Part shown: positions 12,468 to 25,060 of the stretch, one piece after another
How positions within the stretch are numbered: position 1 is the first letter of the stretch
Layout: the number at the start of each line of letters is the position of its first letter
Assembly (NCBI GenBank): GCA_002269645.1
Contig: NIVC01002641.1
Coordinates: 1 to 64,000 of the forward strand
Length of the DNA: 64,000 nucleotides
From: Macrostomum lignano
Taxonomy: Eukaryota
Reading direction: 5' to 3'
Notes under the pieces: model-generated
What the model was told of the DNA's origin: nothing
Databases searched by the model: none
What the model saw: the letters and a program-made list of their open reading frames with translations, nothing else
Program-made: the position numbers and the translations under genes

Positions 12468-14564
12468 GCAACGTGTTTAAAAAACAATTTGTTTAAACTT
12501 CAAAAGGCAAAACAAAAAGCTGAAATTTAGCAACTATGCTAGCTATACCTGCAGCCTGCATTAACTATTGGATAAAACAAATTTCTAATGCATAGATTAT
12601 GCAAAAGGATAAAGTTAAACAAGTGAAATTGATAGGTCAAATAGGTCAAGCAAATGATGCAAGGTCACAAAGTATTAACTTAAATGCTTCTAGACTAAAC
12701 TTACTATCTATATACTGGCTATATAAAGGAAAAATGCTAATTTCAGAGTTAGACTAAAAATAATATTTTTTCTATTGCTAACACTGATAACTGAATTAAA
12801 GTATTCAAATTTTATAGTGTATTGTTTTTATTATTAAGACATTATAAAAATATTAGACTTGAAAAGTTCTAACAAAATAAAATATAATAGCTTAGACTAA
12901 GCTTAATAATAACCTCTCAAAATAAAAGAATGAGGCCTAACACCTTTATTAATATTAATATATAAGGGATAAACATGATAAAATATTTTAACATTTTATA
13001 CATTAAGCAATAGTCAAACTAAGTATATTAGACACATATCTATCTACCTAAGTGAGAGCTAGAAAACTAGTATAATATAGTAAGCTAAAGTCTTGCTTTT
13101 GAATAGTTGACAGAATAGTTGACAGATGAAAAAGTTAATGAAAAAAATTTTTATGGAAAAGTTTATGGCCAAAGTTATATTTGCCATGAATTTAATGTAA
13201 TAGTTTATTAATGATATTGTATTGTATATATTTTTAAATCAGCTATAAATCAAACGTTTGGTTGATTGTGTTTGAAGATGGTTGATTAATCAAAACTTTG
13301 ATTTATCGCTGCGTCTTTATGCTTCAATCATTTGCTCTGAAACTTTTATCACTTATTGACACATTTCTCAGCTTTGCTATGACATCTTTTAGACACATGA
13401 TTGTCTTTTGTATTTCCCGAGATATTTGCTTCCAAAGTGTGTTTGTAAGGGGTGCCATTGAATTCGTCTTTTGACACACTTTACATTCATGCCATTGTTT
13501 TTTCTTTAGGACAGAAAATTTATGCAGATAAAATATTAAAGCTGAATGTGGCATCAAGGAGAGCATCCCAAAACATTAATTCATTTTTTGTTCAAATTAT
13601 CTACTCGAAGGAAAAAAATATGTCGAGTAACCCACACCTAGTATGAAACTAGAGCGTAATAGACAAGCATACAAACCTTAGAGATTTAGTATATTTAGAC
13701 TGTATGACTGAAGGGATGTAGTCGTAGTGTAAATCAAATCTATCAATCAATCATCAATTGTGCTCATTATTTTCTAAGAAAAACGTATTTTTAAAAATAT
13801 ACTTTTTTCGCTTTCAAGTTTGCAGTAGTCGATAATATACTTGTGTAGAAAGAAATTTTATATTTATCAACTATAAATTAACAATGAAAAATTTTAAATA
13901 CTTTTTAATTAGGCTTTTATACATTTATAAATATAATTTCTTATAACTGTTTGATATATTCTAGATTTACAATTTCATTCCGTGATTCTTAAAATTGAAT
14001 TATTTATGCGCATTACGCATACATACATAAATATATATTTTAGAATTTCGTATTCAAGTGACATTTCAATGCTGTAATACTATTTTTACTATGGAAAACG
14101 TACAGATCTTATAAAATTAACTATAGCTATAAATGTAGCATTTCGCTAGCATAAAAAGTTCAAAGATTTTTATGCCTCTACATGGTACAATAATTCCATT
14201 CCAAACAGTTTTGAACGTTATTATTAAATGATTATGAATAGCTTCCGAATTCTGTTCAAATACTTCGTTCAGATTTTAACAGAGCTTTATTGAAATTTAA
14301 AAAGAACAATTGACATAAAGAGTTGATCAGAAGTTACACACACGAAAAATACATATATAGTACGTAGATAATAACATTAGTGTACAATTTCGTAATAAGT
14401 TCAGCTGTACAAATAACTGTACATGCATTTACCAAGGACGACTTGAGTAGAAGGACGGGAAACCTCGTCTCTTTACGAGGTTTACGAGGAAGTTTTCATT
14501 TTTTCAGCACAAAAATTGTTATTGCTTTTAATAGGAGGCGGATCCAGTGTTCATCTTTTGATAT

Positions 14565-14934
14565 GTTGTGCCTTTCTTATTGCTCCATCGATATTCATAA
14601 AGCTTTTCGTTCAGAAAAGTATGATTCTATGTGAATTTTTAATTCTACGTGTACATTTGCACGTGTCTTGTGCGTAAAAACCATTGAAATGGCACAGCTA
14701 GCTCGGCTCTTTGGTTTTATGAGTCTATTTTATCATTCTTAGCTGACTGTGTAACAAAAAACTTGTAGCAGAGATGATAAAATAGATTCATAATACCAAA
14801 GATTCGAGCTGTGTCATGCATTTTTATGCTTTTAGGTACAGGAAATGTACGTATAATAAAAAATTAACATAGAATTCTAATTTTCTGAACGAAAAGCTCC
14901 ATGAATATCGATAGAGCAATAAGAAAGGCACAAC
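14565..14934. mobile_element. Imperfect foldback/MITE-like element with long inverted arms
   Basis: GTTGTGCCTTTCTTATTGCTCCATCGATATTCAT... at 14565 is the reverse complement of ...ATGAATATCGATAGAGCAATAAGAAAGGCACAAC ending at 14934; similarity extends about 160 bp inward. Confidence 0.65.
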
Positions 14935-15024
14935 AAATTGTGTTTTGGTGTAATTTTTACAACTATACTGCCTGGCATCTTTGATTAAACCCAAAGTCCA
15001 TTTACATGGACAGCATGATAAGGT

Positions 15025-17648
15025 TCAATAGTATCCCAATGGTGACGACGGGCTGAACACTTCCGGCGGAGTCGGCGATCGCCATTGCCGCTGTTCCAGC
15101 TGATCAAAATCGTCCTGATCGACAAAATTATTGGGCGTTGTCAGAAGAAATCTCGGCTGTGCAGCGCGCGAATGCAGCATCATCGGCCTGGCTGCCGACT
15201 GCGGCTGGTGCAAAATTGGCGGCAACGGTGCCGGGGACCCCGCCGCCTGCAGCTGCGACCGACCGCCCTCGCCTCCGCCTCCGACACGTCTGCCCGAAGT
15301 GGACACCGAGGCGATGCCAGAGATGGAATCGGATCGTTCCGGGCAGCCGGCCGCAGCAGCCGACACCAGACGGTCGTCGATCTCCTCTTCGCTGACGTAG
15401 CGAAGGTGCCAGGTGCAGGGCCAGAGCTTCATCAGCGGCCTGGCAATGGTTCTATCGAATGCCAGAACGCATAGCGGCTCAAATAGGGTCTTAGCAAAGC
15501 CCAGAACTGTGAACAGGTGGTAGAGCGCCACCGGAGCTTTGAAATGCGGGTCGGACAGCACTAGGAGGTACAGCGGGTACCAGCAGAGTACGCAGATGCC
15601 GCAGATGCCGCATAGAACTCGCTGCCGGTTGGTTCTCAGCGCGGCAAGATCTGCTAGACGGCTGGCCAGAGCGACATCGGAGGTGAGCATTGACTCCGCC
15701 ATGGTGGCAGCCGCGGCTGCGAAGCCATGAGCGCCGGGTTCTGCTGCTTTTTCCGACGCAGACCGCTGCCGCCGCTTTTGCAGGCAGCGAAGGGCGGCGT
15801 TGCGCAGTCGGCAGCGCATTGATTCGTCGATAGAGCGTCGAAACGATGCTAGATAGTAGGCGGTGACGCCGAGGGCCACCTGCGGGTTTGGGTGACGTCA
15901 TACATGGTTACTGTTGAATGCGGCGGATTCGAGCATATAAGATACTCAAGATCGATTCAAGGCATGCAGATTACGGCAGATTCCAACCAGACTAAAAGCA
16001 GATTCAAGGCAGATTCAAAGCAGATTCAAGGCAGATTCAAAGCAGATTCAAGGCAGATTCAGGGCAGATTCCAAGCAGATTCAAGGCAGATTCAAGGCAG
16101 ATTCAAGGCAGATTCAAAGCAGATTTAAAGCAGATTGAAGGCAGATTCAAAGCCGATTTAAATCAGATTCAAGGCAGATTCAAAGCAGATTTAAAGCAGA
16201 TTCAAGGCAGATTCAAAGCAGATTCAAGGCAGATTCAAGGCAGATTCCAAGCAGATTCAAGGCAGATTCAAGGCAGATTCAAGGCAGATTCAAAGCAGAT
16301 TTAAAGCAGATTCAAGGCAGATTCAAAGCCGATTTAAATCAGATTCAAGGCAGATTCAAAGCAGATTCAAGGCAGATTCAAGGCAGATTCAAAGCAGATT
16401 CAAAGCAGATTCAAGGCAGATTCAAGGCAGATTCAAAGCAGATTCAAGGCAGATTCAAGGCAGATTTAAGGCAGATTCAAGGCAGATTCAAAGCAGATTC
16501 AAAGCAGATTTAAGGCAGATTCAAGGCAGATTCAAGGCAGATTCAAAGCAGATTCAAGGCAGATTCAAGGCAAATTCAAGGCAGATTCAAGGCAAATTCA
16601 AGGCAAATTCAAGGCAGATTCAAGGCAGATTCAAGACAGACTTAAAGCAGATTCAAAGCAGATTAAAAGCAGATTCAAGGCAGATTCCAAGCAGATTCAA
16701 GGCAGATTCAAAGCAGATTCAAGGCAGATTCAAGGCAAATTCAAGGCAGATTCAAGGCAAATTCAAGGCAAATTCAAGGCAGATTCAAGGCAGATTCAAG
16801 ACAGACTTAAAGCAGATTCAAAGCAGATTAAAAGCAGATTCAAGGCAGATTCCAAGCAGATTCAAGGCAGATTCAAAGCAGATTCAAGGCAGATTCAAAG
16901 CAGATTCAAGGCAGATTCCAAGCAGATTCAAGGCAGATTCAAGGCAGATTCAAGGCAGATTCAAAGCAGATTCAAGGCAGATTCCAAGCAGACTCAAAGC
17001 AGATTCAAAGCAGCAATCCGATTACCACACGGCACTCACCGTCACAATGGTCATCCACATGAGGTACACAGTATAATTCTTCTTATGCCCGTGCAAGAAC
17101 ACGCAGCGGGCATCGGAGGCGCTCCAATCAAAGTTGGCGCCAATCAGCGTCGGTCCCAGGTGCAGGATGGCGCTGCAGGTGTACACCAGGGCTATGCCGA
17201 AGGCGACACAACAGGTTGACCCGCGCGGCCGGCCAGAACCGCCATCTAAATAATAGATCTCGCAGCAGGCCACCGGGATAAGGTTGAACACCCACACAGT
17301 CTGGAAGATGATGTAGCTGGTGGTGAGATTCCGGCACGAGTCGCTGGAGATTCCGCCAGGCCGAAGGCCGTTGCCGAAAGCGAAGGCCAGGCCGGAGAGA
17401 AGCAGATTGAGGAAGGCGGAGTGCAGCAGGAAGGCCAGACGAAGGCGCCGAGTCTGCCGCTGTATGAGCACCACGCCAATCAGGCAGACGTTGCTGATTA
17501 GACTCAGACTGGCCACGGCGTACACCGCTGACTGCTCAGCGCCTCCGTGAAGCTGCTGGGCGTCGAGAGCGTGATCGTGCGGCTGCTCCAGATCCATCGG
17601 TTGCTGTACTGCTGTGTGCACCTGGGTGACTGCGAGATTGCTCAATTT
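15025..17648 (-). CDS. Orphan class A (rhodopsin-like) GPCR, SREB (GPR27/85/173)-like; exons 17648-17040 and 15879-15025; probable start at MDLEQ (ATG 17597)
   Basis: Seven hydrophobic segments; TM3 Cys (SCRNL), ECL2 ...DARCVF, TM6 CWYPLYL, TM7 FEPLCVL; ACG|GTGAGT donor in phase 0 with CAG|GTG acceptor. The SREB assignment is from remembered resemblance of ECL2/TM5, not from a search. Confidence 0.8.
15975..17010. repeat. 11-bp minisatellite (CAGATTCAAGG/CAGATTCAAAG), about 1 kb
   Basis: Fills GPCR intron 15880-17039. Confidence 0.97.
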
Positions 17649-17714
17649 CTATCATGACTGGCAGGGACTTTTATGATTTTATCATGCTAAACTGCTCAAC
17701 TGGTTCGATTGTAT

Positions 17715-18155
17715 CACCCTCTCAATGCCTCCTTCTCCCCTCTCAATGTCTCTCTTCTCCCCTCTCAATGCCTCTCTTCTCCCCTCTCAATGCCTCCTTC
17801 TCCCCTCTCAATGTCTCTCTTCTCCCCTCTCAATGCCTCCTTCTCCCCTCTCAATGCCTCTCTTCTCCCCTCTCAATGCCTCCTTCTCCCCTCTCAATGC
17901 CTCTCTTCTCCCCTCTCAATGCCTCTCTTCTCCCCTCTCAATGCCTCTCTTCTCCCCTCTCAATACCTCCTTCTCCCCTCTCAATGCCTCTCTTCTCCCC
18001 TCTCAATGCCTCTCTTCTCCCCTCTCAATGCCTCTCTTCTCCCCTCTCAATGCCTCTCTTCTCCCCTCTCTCCATCCCTCTCTTCTCCCCCCTCTCTCCA
18101 TGCCTCTCTTCTCCCCCTCTCTCCATGCCTCTCTTCTCCCCCTCTCTCCATGCCT
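17715..18155. repeat. 19-21-bp pyrimidine-rich minisatellite (TCTCCCCTCTCAATGCCTC)
   Basis: Tandem units just upstream of the GPCR acceptor at 17649. Confidence 0.95.
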
Positions 18156-19139
18156 CTCTCATATTTTATAACAGAATGATTTATTCTCTAAGCCTCAATA
18201 TCCTTTCCAGTCTTCAATGTATATAGTGCATTACCCAAATTAAAAATCGCTAGCAAACTGCTTACCAGTCACATGAATAAGTCAATAATTAGCAGTAATA
18301 TACGAATATAGTAAATCTATATAAAAACAATTTGAACACAGCTTGGTCAGTTTTCTGATGAATGATGTAAACCTACACTACACACAAGTTCTGCTGCATG
18401 ACCAGTGCAATAATAAATAAGGTCCCTCTAGTCTCTCTTTCCTCTGTGTGTACAAGTCCAGACGCCTCTCTCCTCATTCGATATAGCTGTTCTCTCATCA
18501 AGTGTGCATCTGCAGCGCATGACATTTGCCAGGCCAACACAAAAGTTTCGGCCCGGAGGAAGGCAGGGGGGGGGTTTATAATCGCGCGTGCCTGCAAGCC
18601 CGCAATTCTACCACAGGTATGTCATCTTGCTGGTCTGGTTTGCATTCCTACAGCCCAGGGACCCCTCTGTATGCGAATCTAAAAGACAAACAACCTGCTG
18701 GAATCTCTACTCCGAGTTTTAGACAATTAAGAAATATAAAAAACCTCATTGCATAGAGGCCCCGCAGTTGACTTGGCCTAGTCTGAATTCTATATAAACA
18801 CTGAGAACTTGATAAGGCTAATTTTCATTTAATTGAAGCATTTTTTGCGTCTGAAAAGGTTTATATATCGTATATACTTAATGCTTTTCTCCTAATAAGC
18901 ATGGTTTGCCTGTGGGTGATCAAGATTTAAATAGTAGAGATATAGATGATCTATACAAAATCTGTATTGTCTGTAGATTGCATTTATATCTAGCTGATGA
19001 TCTACTAAAAGTTGTCTAGAACAGAGCATAAACTGATCTGCATGTATAGACACGAGCCTAGGGATCTATAGATTTATTATATTGTAACTTAAAATGATCT
19101 GTAGATCGATACTGGATCGCAAAACCACTGGTCTATAGA

Positions 19140-19780
19140 TCTATTAAATTACAAATCAGTTAATCTATAGATCTAATAAATATCAAACCAAGTGATCTAT
19201 AGATTCATTGGATCGCAAACCAAGAGATCTAAAGATCCATTGGGTGGCAAACCTAGTAATCTACAGATACATTGGATCGCAAACCAAGAGATCTAAAGAT
19301 CCATTGGGTGGCAAACCTAGTAATCTACAGATACATTGGATCGCAAACCAAGAGATCTAAAGATCCATTGGGTGGCAAACCTAGTAATCTACAGATACAT
19401 TGGATCGCAAACCAAGAGATCTAAAGATCCATTGGGTGGCAAACCTAGTAATCTACAGATACATTGGATCGCAAACCAAGAGATCTAAAGATCCATTGGG
19501 TGGCAAACCTAGTAATCTACAGATACATTGGATCGCAAACCAAGAGATCTAAAGATCCATTGGGTGGCAAACCTAGTAATCTACAGATACATTGGATCGC
19601 AAACCAAGAGATCTAAAGATCCATTGGGTGGCAAACCTAGTAATCTACAGATACATTGGATCGCAAACCAAGAGATCTAAAGATCCATTGGGTGGCAAAC
19701 CTAGTAATCTACAGATACATTGGATCGCAAACCAAGAGATCTAAAGATCCATTGGGTGGCAAAGCAAGTGATCTATGGAC
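19140..19780. repeat. 64-bp higher-order tandem repeat (two diverged 32-mers), about 8 identical copies flanked by degenerate monomers
   Basis: CTACAG recurs at 19261 and 19325; subunits AGATACATTGGATCGCAAACCAAGAGATCTAA and AGATCCATTGGGTGGCAAACCTAGTAATCTAC. Confidence 0.95.
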
Positions 19781-20651
19781 GAAAGTTTAGGGTTGTTGTG
19801 TGTTCACAATTTTTTAAATCACTTTAAGTCCCAAACAAATAAATAAATAGAACATCAGATAAATAAGTTTGTTGGATTCAATACTTATGGCAGTAAGGCT
19901 CTGCAGGTAATTAAACGCCTGTAAAGAAATAAAAACCAGCAAGGCGAATACTTAGGTTATATATTTATACTTACAATTTAAAATATAATTAGTAAACAAT
20001 AAAAAGGAAAAATATTTAAGCACCTTATCAGTGATAACTAATTACAAAATGAAAAATAATGCTTTCGAATAACATATTGGACATAAAAATAATGCAGACA
20101 TACGATGGTTGACAGAATAATAGTAGCAAATGCACCCACTAATGTTCGTTTAAGAACAATAGCACAATCTTCAGTTCTAACTTGTTTTATTTACTGAAGT
20201 CGTGATTAAAAATTGGTGTTACGCTACCCTGATCACGAGGATCAAGTTTCCAGACCAGACTAAGACAACAGTTAGTAATTTAAACAATATTTTCAATTGC
20301 TCCTACTGATAGTAAGTAAGAAGGAATTTTACAACCTTTATTTTCTAAGATCGTTGATCGCTAACTAGATAATTTTATTTTTGCTTGAATTGCAAAAATG
20401 CACATAGATTTGCTGATGATTCTAAATTTTACTTAACAGATTTTTGTAAAATATATTACATCAATTCGGTCTTGTCCTCCCCACACACACAGTTAAAAAA
20501 TCAAAGTCAATTAATCAACGTTTCACTAATTACTACCACCTTTTCACCTTATCAGCGAGGAGGCAAGCATTCATACCCACTCCGCTGACTACTGAGCACA
20601 TGAAAAGCGCGCCAATACTGTACGCAGGCCTGCACTCATGCACACGCTTAT

Positions 20652-20975
20652 ATAATAATAATAATAATAATTGATTACAATTGAGCCCCAATTGAGCAGA
20701 TGTGCAACCGACAGCTCAGCCGCAGCTATTGCGCGGCGCATCTGAAGGCTGCGTACGGCTGTTCAGTCCAAGGACTGGGGGGGGGGGGTCGCCACACACC
20801 CTCAATTACCCCAGCTAATGCTGGCACCCATTTTACAGCTGGGCGAACTGAAGCAATGCAGAGTTAAGTGTCTTGCTCAAGGACACAAATTGTTCCTGTG
20901 GGATTGGGATTCGAACCCCCGACCTTCAAGTCGTGAGTCCGACGCTCTCGCGGGTCGAGGGTCGCTGTACACCCT
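20652..20975 (-). mobile_element. tRNA-derived CORE-SINE (MIR-like core) with (TTA)n tail
   Basis: Minus strand: B-box GGTTCGAATCCC (20906-20917), then TGTGTCCTTGAGCAAGACACTTAAC...CTGTAAAATGGG resembling the CORE-SINE domain, ending in (TTA)n at 20652-20670. Confidence 0.75.
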
Positions 20976-21067
20976 GTGTGTGTGTGTAGGAGTGCTCAGG
21001 AGTCGTGAAATGAAAATGAAAACGTCTCCAAACCAAATCAAACGTCACTTAGCATCGCGACAAGCAG

Positions 21068-21799
21068 CTACAAATAAACCAGCGACTGGCGCAGTGCTGG
21101 CAGAAAGCTGCGCCAGTCGGGCCCACCGACGCTGTCGTCAGTGGAAGAGTTCAACCGCTGCATCAGGAGCGGCAGGCGTTCGGACACGAATTCCGGGAAA
21201 AAGTTGCTCGACTCAACGCTAAGCGGGCCGCCGCTGCCGTAGCCGCTCAGCACTAATCCGAATGTCAAATCTGTCAGATAAATGACAATCTGCAGTCGAT
21301 TATTGCGCAAAAATCTTATATCTAAGCCTAGCCGTTTAGTATAGGCGGCAACCAGTGCTTCCAGCCTCTTTAATTCGACATCCTCATCGGAGGTGTCGCT
21401 ATCAACTGCGGCAGCCAGTCGATCGCGCAGTTCGACAAGGTGCCGACAGTGCGAACTGAGCGCGTCAACTCGTTCAGATAGGCAGCGATTCTCTAAGCTG
21501 GCAGCTACCCGGCTTCAATGGTTGAGACCAGCTCAGCTGATAGACTATTCAGCTGGCTGACTGTGTCACAGCTAGCTGACGCCAGGGCGCTGTTGGCTCT
21601 GGCCTCTAACGAATCTGCACACTGAATAGCCGTTTCCACTGCGACGTGTCAGCGTTAAGAAGCTCTCGACGACTGTTTAGCACTGCTAGAAGTTGGCTAA
21701 TAGCGGCGGGTGTAGCTAATTCTAGCTCGGCAGCAGCATCTTCAGTGTTGGATGAATTTGGCGATGCAGCATTGTGGGCAACGATTTCTCTTGAGCCAT
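21068..21799 (-). pseudogene. SPC25: SPC25-like NDC80-complex kinetochore subunit, intronless, broken by at least 2 frameshifts (pseudogene or consensus error)
   Basis: Open frame 21068-21510 reads ...LKRLEALVAAYTKRLGLDIRFLRNNRLQIVIY...LPLLMQRLNSS...WRSFLPALRQSL, matching the Spc25 pattern Y..rLGLeI....e.LqfiF...ln.tn.f..Fl...R..F after a coiled coil; frameshifts near 21510 and 21645; candidate ATG at 21799. Confidence 0.65.
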
Positions 21800-22696
21800 T
21801 GCGCTTTGCCCGTGAGATTAATTAGCACGAAATGTAGATTACTCGAATGCAAACTGTAATACAAATTAATAAATAGGTCATATAGCTTAATATATTACAG
21901 GACTAATTGTCAAAAATTACTAAAGTTCCATAGTAGCTATGGATATTGAGACTTGACAGCTAGCATCAGTCAAAATGTTGATTAATAAATAATCACTAAT
22001 GTTGGGGAGTCAAGCTATTATAATTAGAGCTTATAATAATTAAAAATGAATGATACAATATGAACTTCAGGATAAATACGAGTAGATAACTATTTTCAAG
22101 TTTCATTCTGACCTTCTCATGACCTTGTTTATAATATAGCTAGGCCTATTCTAGGATTGCCACTATTATATCTATAAGAAAAAAGTTATAAATGGTAGAC
22201 AATTGTTTATGCACTTTCAAGGCAACCTAGTGGCATTTTTTATATAATAGCACTTGTGAAATATGGGGCATGGTACCTAGCCTTTGACAGAGAAATGTTT
22301 AGTATATGTCATCTATATAGGTATACTATAGTGGCGGCCACTATAGTATACCTATAGTCTTCCACTAGCTGCGGAATTCCGCAGTGAGGAAATTTTAAGT
22401 AGACCTGCGGAAAATCAAGGGGATTTTGTACTTACGGAAATTTTTCATTTCTGAATTTGCTCTCATGTTATACTCCAATTTTTAGTGCTGCATTATTATT
22501 CATATTTATATTGATAATAAAAATATAACAGGGATAACATAATGTGAAACTTTTGCCAATCAGTTGTTGGGCTTTAGCTTTACCTTTGCAAAATTCACCC
22601 TCCTAGCTCTCTTCTAGTCTCACTCCAGCAGACTGCAGTCCAGTAGACATGATGACAATTATTCTTTTATTTTTATTTCAGAAAACTAAAACTAAA

Positions 22697-25060
22697 ATGT
22701 CTCTAAGCAAGCCTTGTGCTACTGAATTTGACCCGAATGGCTGCTTAAGCACATTGATAGTAAACTTATTGGAGACTGGCTGGAACCAGATCCTAGCAAT
22801 CAACTGCGAGGCCACTGCACAATATGTGATAGTTTTTTCATCTCGGCACAAGTGGCTTTGGTGCTTCACAGCTCACGCCAAGGGAAAAACATTTTAACCG
22901 ATTGCCAGTTCCAAAGATGACAGGAATTGAGCAGTTTTTTTCTTCCAAAGCTGGCAATGGCATGTCATCATTTGCTGCAACGAAGACGGCAGATAAAGAG
23001 GTGCTACAGGTGGAGCTGCAACTAGGACTGCATTTTGTAGAGCACAATATTGCCTACAATGTAGCGGATCACTCGGGTGTATACCCTGCTATATTTACAG
23101 ATAGCAAGATTGCTAAAGACATGAAGCGCCATTGCACAAAGCTGTGCTATCTCGTTAATCACAGCCTTGCACTAGTAATGCGCCAGGAGTTAATTCAAGA
23201 CCTCAACTCTGGTTGCGGACTTTTTTCGCTTAGCATTGATGAGTTATCAGATGGCCCACGAAAAATCTGGCAGTGGCAATATCCTTGTCTCATCCAAGAA
23301 ACATAGCTATGCACCACAGCCTTAAAAACTGTCAAAGTTTCTGACTACTCAGCCGCTGCCTTGAAGGACAAAGTTTTGAAGGTCCTCAAAGAGTTCAACA
23401 TCCCCTTGAAGAACTGTGTGAGTATTAACTGATGGACCAGCAGTTATGGTTGGGAAGTACAATGGCTTCCAAAAAGTAATGTGTGACTCTGCTTTGCACC
23501 TTGTTTCCATAGGGCCATGCAGTCTGCACATTGTATCCAATGCAGTGCAACATGCATTGACACCCTTGGTGGAGATGTTGAGAATTTTGCAGATAATGTT
23601 TATTCCTATTTTCAAACAGCACAAAGGTGGACACGGTACAAGCATGTTCAAGAGCTACTTGAAGTAGCTCATCATCGCCTGCTACGGCGTGTTGAAACCA
23701 GATGGGTGCAGCTATTGCCAGTAGTTAACAGGCTTCTTGAGCTATATCCTGCTCTACAAGAATTCTTTCTGAAGAATCCATTGTTGATTGATAGCAAGAG
23801 TAAAAAACCAAGGATATTGCTGAGCATCTTAAAAAAAAGCAGACTTCTTGACCTGCAATTTTTGGCTGCTATCTTGCCTCTTCTGGAATCTGGATCAATT
23901 TGAGAAGAGCTTCCAGAGGGAAGAGATTTCCATTCATCTGCTGCACAAAGAAGTCCGCAATTTGTTTCGACAGACACTGTCATCTGAATCTTGAGCATAT
24001 TCAGGCCAATGCTAGACACCTGAAGAATTTGTCACTAGAAGTTTGATTCTTCCTTCCTGATAATTTAATTTTCATTGGCGAAGCTGCTAAAGCAACATTG
24101 CAGAGCTTCTCGGAAACTCAGAAGAAGCACTTCTTTTTGCATGTCCACTCATTCTATCGTGATCTTGGCTTGTATATGCAAGAACATTTGCTGCTAGCAA
24201 ATTCTGTTTTGTGTACATTGCAATTTATTGATCCTATGTATCCTTCGAATGTTGGTCTCTCAATAGCTATATCAGATGCTGCTGCCTGCAACTTAGCCAA
24301 ACTAATGGTGTACACTCCAGAAGCAGTGTCAAAAATAGAAGCGGAGTGGCGTTGTTTTCTTGTCAACCAACAAGTTGTAAGTTTTGCCAAGGACAATGAT
24401 ATAGCCACATTTTGGCTTCAAGTGGCAGAGCTAGAGCTTGGTAGCAAAAAAATATGCTATACTAAGCCAACTGGCTTTAGGCGCTTTAAGTATTCATCCT
24501 GGCAATGCAGCTGCTGAGCGCATCTTTAGTAAGCTATTAGACTTGCTCACAAAAAATGCAACAAACTTGGGGTTGTCAATTGACGCATGCCTCTTTGTTT
24601 GTCACTATATCGACAATCAGGACATAAAGGTACTGAGCCAACAACCTGCGAAAACTTTCCATTGATGGAAGTTTCTCTTCAGTTGGCTGCAAAGGCTCGT
24701 TCAGCCTACATGGAGTTTCTGCAGAAACAAAAAGCAGATGAAGCTGCTATAAAAGCATCACAGCTTGCCGCTAAGCAGATGGGGGTGCAGAATGCTGCTG
24801 AGCTGGAGCTGACAAAGAAACAACAAGACCTGAAGGCCGAAGAAGAAAAACGGGTCAAGAGCATGAAAAATTGATGCTAAAAAACGAGCAGCTTCAGCTA
24901 TGCTGCAAGAATATCAGAAAAAATGAGGGCATTGGAAGAGCGAGTCAAAGGCCATCAAGGACAATGCCAAGCTACTGAAGCGGAAGCTTAAAATACAAGA
25001 TGAACTTGCTGCTAAAGCATTGAAAAAAGCTGCAAAAATGATTTTGAGGGACAATGTATA
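22697..25060 (+). mobile_element. Decayed hAT-superfamily DNA transposase
   Basis: Frameshifted fragments: FTDSKIAKDMK...FSLSIDELSD (first catalytic Asp region), PCSLHIV (CxxH), VETRW (RW motif), FW...YAILSQLALGALSIHPGNAAAERIFS (hAT dimerisation domain), coiled-coil tail; TIRs not identified. Confidence 0.85.

Noticed and set aside
18373-18597. 74-aa ORF as first coding exon of the GPCR
   Set aside because: No convincing phase-0 donor and an in-frame ATG exists at 17597; may be UTR
19140-19780. CRISPR-like appearance (32-bp units)
   Set aside because: The alternating 32-mers are identical from copy to copy and related to each other; no unique spacers, no cas genes, eukaryotic context
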